This document shows, one piece after another, positions 33,895-36,809 of a stretch of DNA of 36,809 nt. The first letter of the stretch is position 1; the number at the start of each line of letters is the position of its first letter. A program made the position numbers and the translations under genes. Where the stretch lies: contig NC_068982.1 of assembly GCF_001194135.2 (NCBI RefSeq), positions 133,154,489-133,191,297 on the forward strand. Reading direction: 5' to 3'. Source of the DNA: Octopus bimaculoides. Taxonomy: Eukaryota. Below the pieces are notes generated by a model. The model was given only the letters and a program-made list of their open reading frames with translations. It was not told the DNA's origin and made no database searches.

Positions 33895-35830
33895 CCTATT
33901 AGACCTCTGTTTCACCAACAATGTAATCTTATCCAACAACCTTCTCAGACTACAACATGGTAGAACTGACAATGTATGGTCCAAAACCAATTAATGATGT
34001 ATTCCACATAGACGGCACCCAAAGTCTGTCTAGACTAAACTTCCACAAGGCTGACTGGAAGTCAACTGAAAAGTTAATTGTCCAGCAAAATTGCCCCAAA
34101 AGTCTCTCTATGCAAAATATCGATATGGAACTTAAAGAATTCATGTCAATAATGTGAGCCATATTCAATAAACTTGTCCCATAGAAGAGAGTAGCCACAT
34201 ACAAAAACATCATTCTTCAAGACAGGAGAGTCCTTATGAGAATAAAGATCCCCAATTGCTTAGATAAACAACTTATTGCCAGCAAGAAATCCTTCCTAGA
34301 AGAGAGACTTTTAGAGATCAAGAATAAACGCAGACTCTCCCATGAAAAAGAAAGGGTAGAAAGAGAAACCAGGGCGGCAGAAAAAAAAAAAACCCTAAAG
34401 CTTTCTACGAGTTCACAAAAGAGTGTCTGCTTCAGTGCACTACAAGATAGGGCCACTGTTTGAAGAAGACGGCTCAATAACTGCAGACCCCAAGAGAATG
34501 AGTGATATAATATCAGTCATTGAAGAGATGAGCTCAAACTCAGCAATGGATCCAGATAGATTTCCATCTGTTCTCCCAAAAACAAGCAGGAAAGCTCTTG
34601 CAAAACAACTGCAGATACTTTTTCAGAGTTTCCTTGCATGTGAAAAACTTCCCAAATTGTTAAAAGAGAGTATTATATGCCCTCTCCATAAAGAAGGAAG
34701 CAGAGCTGATGCTAAAATTTACAGACCTATCTCTCTGACTTCACATGTTAGCAAGGTCATAGTATGCATTGTCAGAAAGAGAATGATCCCGTTCCTGAAA
34801 GAGAATAACTTGCTCGCCAACACAAAACATTGTTTCCGCCCAGGGAGGAGCTGCCTCACACAGCTACTACAACATTATGAGTGGCTCAGCAGCTCAACCA
34901 CTCAAATGTAGATGTGGTATATTTCGACTTAACTAAAGCCTTTGACTAAGTTGATCATGGGATGATATGTCACAAATTACATGACTTTGGTATCACTAGA
35001 AATCTGGGAGTGTGGCTGCACGTTTTGAAGGGTAGAAGTCATGCAATTTCAGCCAATGATGCTCTCTCTGGGGAGACATCAATCTGCAGTGGAGTTCCTC
35101 AGGGAACTGTACTGGAACTACAACTGTTTGTAGTGGCTCTCTCAGACATACAGTCAGCCACTCACATCAGCTATGCTAACAATACAAAGGTGTCTCTGGC
35201 AGTCAAGAACCCTGATAGCATAGAAAAACTGCAAAATGAACTGCATGCAATATATCAATGGGCTGATGAAAATAACATTCAGTTCAATTCTGATAAGTTC
35301 AAACACTCTGCTTTCAGCCCATAGTCTACATTCAGAATACATAGCGCCAGGGGGCAATGCAATCCCAGAGTTAGAATCGGTGTGAGACCTTGGAATCCAC
35401 ATGAGTATTGATGCAATATTCCATGTGCATATTGCCAGGATGGCAACACTGCACAGGTGAGCAGCTGGATGGATCTTCAGATCATTCAGAACCAGAAATA
35501 GGGATACCTTGCTACTCCTATGGATGAACTTTGTCCTCAGTCATCTGGTTTACTGCTCCCAGCTGCAGTTGCTGCAGAGCATCAAATTGGTGGCAGAACT
35601 TGAGGCAATTCAGTACTACTACACAAAGAAGATTGACTCAATGACACAGAGGAGCTACTGAGAGAATACTCCTGAAGCTCTACTCCTTGAAGAGAAGGCG
35701 AGAAATGTATGCAGTGATATACATATGGAAAATCCTGGAAAGTCTGAAATTCCAGATGAAGCCTCATCGCAACAGAGGGCACAAAGAAGAGCAGTTCCAT
35801 TCAATTCTTCACCAAAACAGTACTGAAAGG
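33895..35830 (+). mobile_element. Second degraded CR1-clade LINE, same family as 17680-19855
   Basis: DLCFTNN, SDYNMVE, NFHKADW, YKIGPL, YRPISLTSHVSKV, GRSCLTQLLQHY, SGVPQGTVL and WADENNIQFNSDKF. Confidence 0.9.
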
Positions 35831-35914
35831 GGACCTAAAAACACTGAAAGGCAGTACTCCAGCCTCTGACTGAAACTAGCAGGCCAATAAATAATAAAAG
35901 AATATATATATATA

Positions 35915-36490
35915 TAATGTTCAAAGCATGATCGTCGAACACTGGACCTCACAGAGGCAATTACAAGTGACCAAGACTTTTGGCAATATGCCATACTTGA
36001 GAAGACCTGTCAAGCCAAGTGAAACTGTAATTATCACTGATGCTAGTGTCGTGTAACTGACATGAAAAAAGCACCTTCAAACGTTGGGCGATATGCCATA
36101 TCTGAGAAGAACTGTCAAGCCAAGTGAAATCGTAGTCATGGCCAATGCTAGTGTCATGCAACTGGCATGTAAAAAGCACCTTTTGTACATTGGACCTGAT
36201 GGAGACAGTGACAAGTGATTGAGACCTTTGGCAATATACCGTGCTTGAGAAGACCTGTAGTCATGGCTGATGCTGATGCTGCATAACTGGCACCTGTGCC
36301 AGTGACACCTAAAAAGCATGCACTACACTCTTGGAATGGATAGTGTTAGGAAGAGCATCCAGCCGTAGAAATCATGCCAAATCAGATTGGAACCTGGTGT
36401 AGCTCTCCAGCTAACCAATTTTCAGTCAAACTGCCCAACCCATGCCAGCATGGAAAGCAGACATTAAATGAAGGTGATAATGATGATAAG
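35915..36490 (+). mobile_element. Old RTE 3' UTR (three repeated modules) and tail
   Basis: gagaagac..gtcaagccaagtgaaa at 35999 and 36104 (partial at ~36248), then ttaggaagagcatccagccgtagaaa...attaaatgaaggtgataatgatgat. Confidence 0.75.
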
Positions 36491-36494
36491 GATA

Positions 36495-36527
<33 letters not shown>

Positions 36528-36528
<1 letters not shown>

Positions 36529-36809
36529 ATCATCATCATCATCATCATCGTTTAACGTCCGCTTTCCATGCTAGCATGGGTTGGCCGATTTGACTGAGGA
36601 CTGGTGAAACCGGATGGCAACACCAGGCTCCAATCGAATTTGGCAGAGTTTCTACAGCTGGATGCCCTTCCTAACGCCAACCACTCAGAGAGTGTAGTGG
36701 GTGCTTTTACGTGTCACCCGCACGAAAACGGCCACGCTCGAAATGGTGTCTTTTATGTGCCACCCGCACAAGAGCCAGTCCGGGGGCACTGGCAACGATC
36801 TCACTCGAA
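36528..36809 (-). mobile_element. Near-consensus RTE 3' end running off the window
   Basis: (CAT)n gtttaacgtccgctttccatgctagc...gtgggtgcttttacgtgtcacc. Confidence 0.9.

Noticed and set aside
17680-35830. LINE ORFs (CR1, RTE, Tx1) as intact active or domesticated genes
   Set aside because: All carry multiple stops and frameshifts; no full-length RT reading frame is present.

Overview
AT-rich, repeat-dense eukaryotic DNA with six assembly gaps (N runs at 2618-3266, 5848-5857, 8172-8184, 12179-12215, 13185-13965, 20598-21502). The SINE families and the abundant RTE 3' tail (catcatcgtttaacgtccgctttccatgctagc...) match what I recognise from Octopus genomes; that assignment is recognition, not a database search. 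Most of the window is decayed mobile DNA: about 11 RTE-LINE ends or fragments, two CR1-clade LINEs, Tx1/L1-clade fragments, tRNA-derived SINEs, Tc1/mariner and pogo-type MITEs, and a non-autonomous Helitron. None of the supplied ORFs is a credible intact host gene. The most notable items are: (1) a ~0.8-kb fold-back of two Penelope-like terminal repeats plus an adjacent well-formed type I hammerhead ribozyme, giving three hammerhead motifs within ~930 bp; (2) a minus-strand exon encoding a signal-peptide-like segment (7062-7122), which suggests most of the window is intron of a gene whose CpG-retaining promoter lies near 27.7-30.2 kb; (3) two copies of one MITE with sharply different CpG decay; (4) a MITE with ~80-bp TIRs, a 6-bp TSD and an internal telomere-like (CCCTAA) array.
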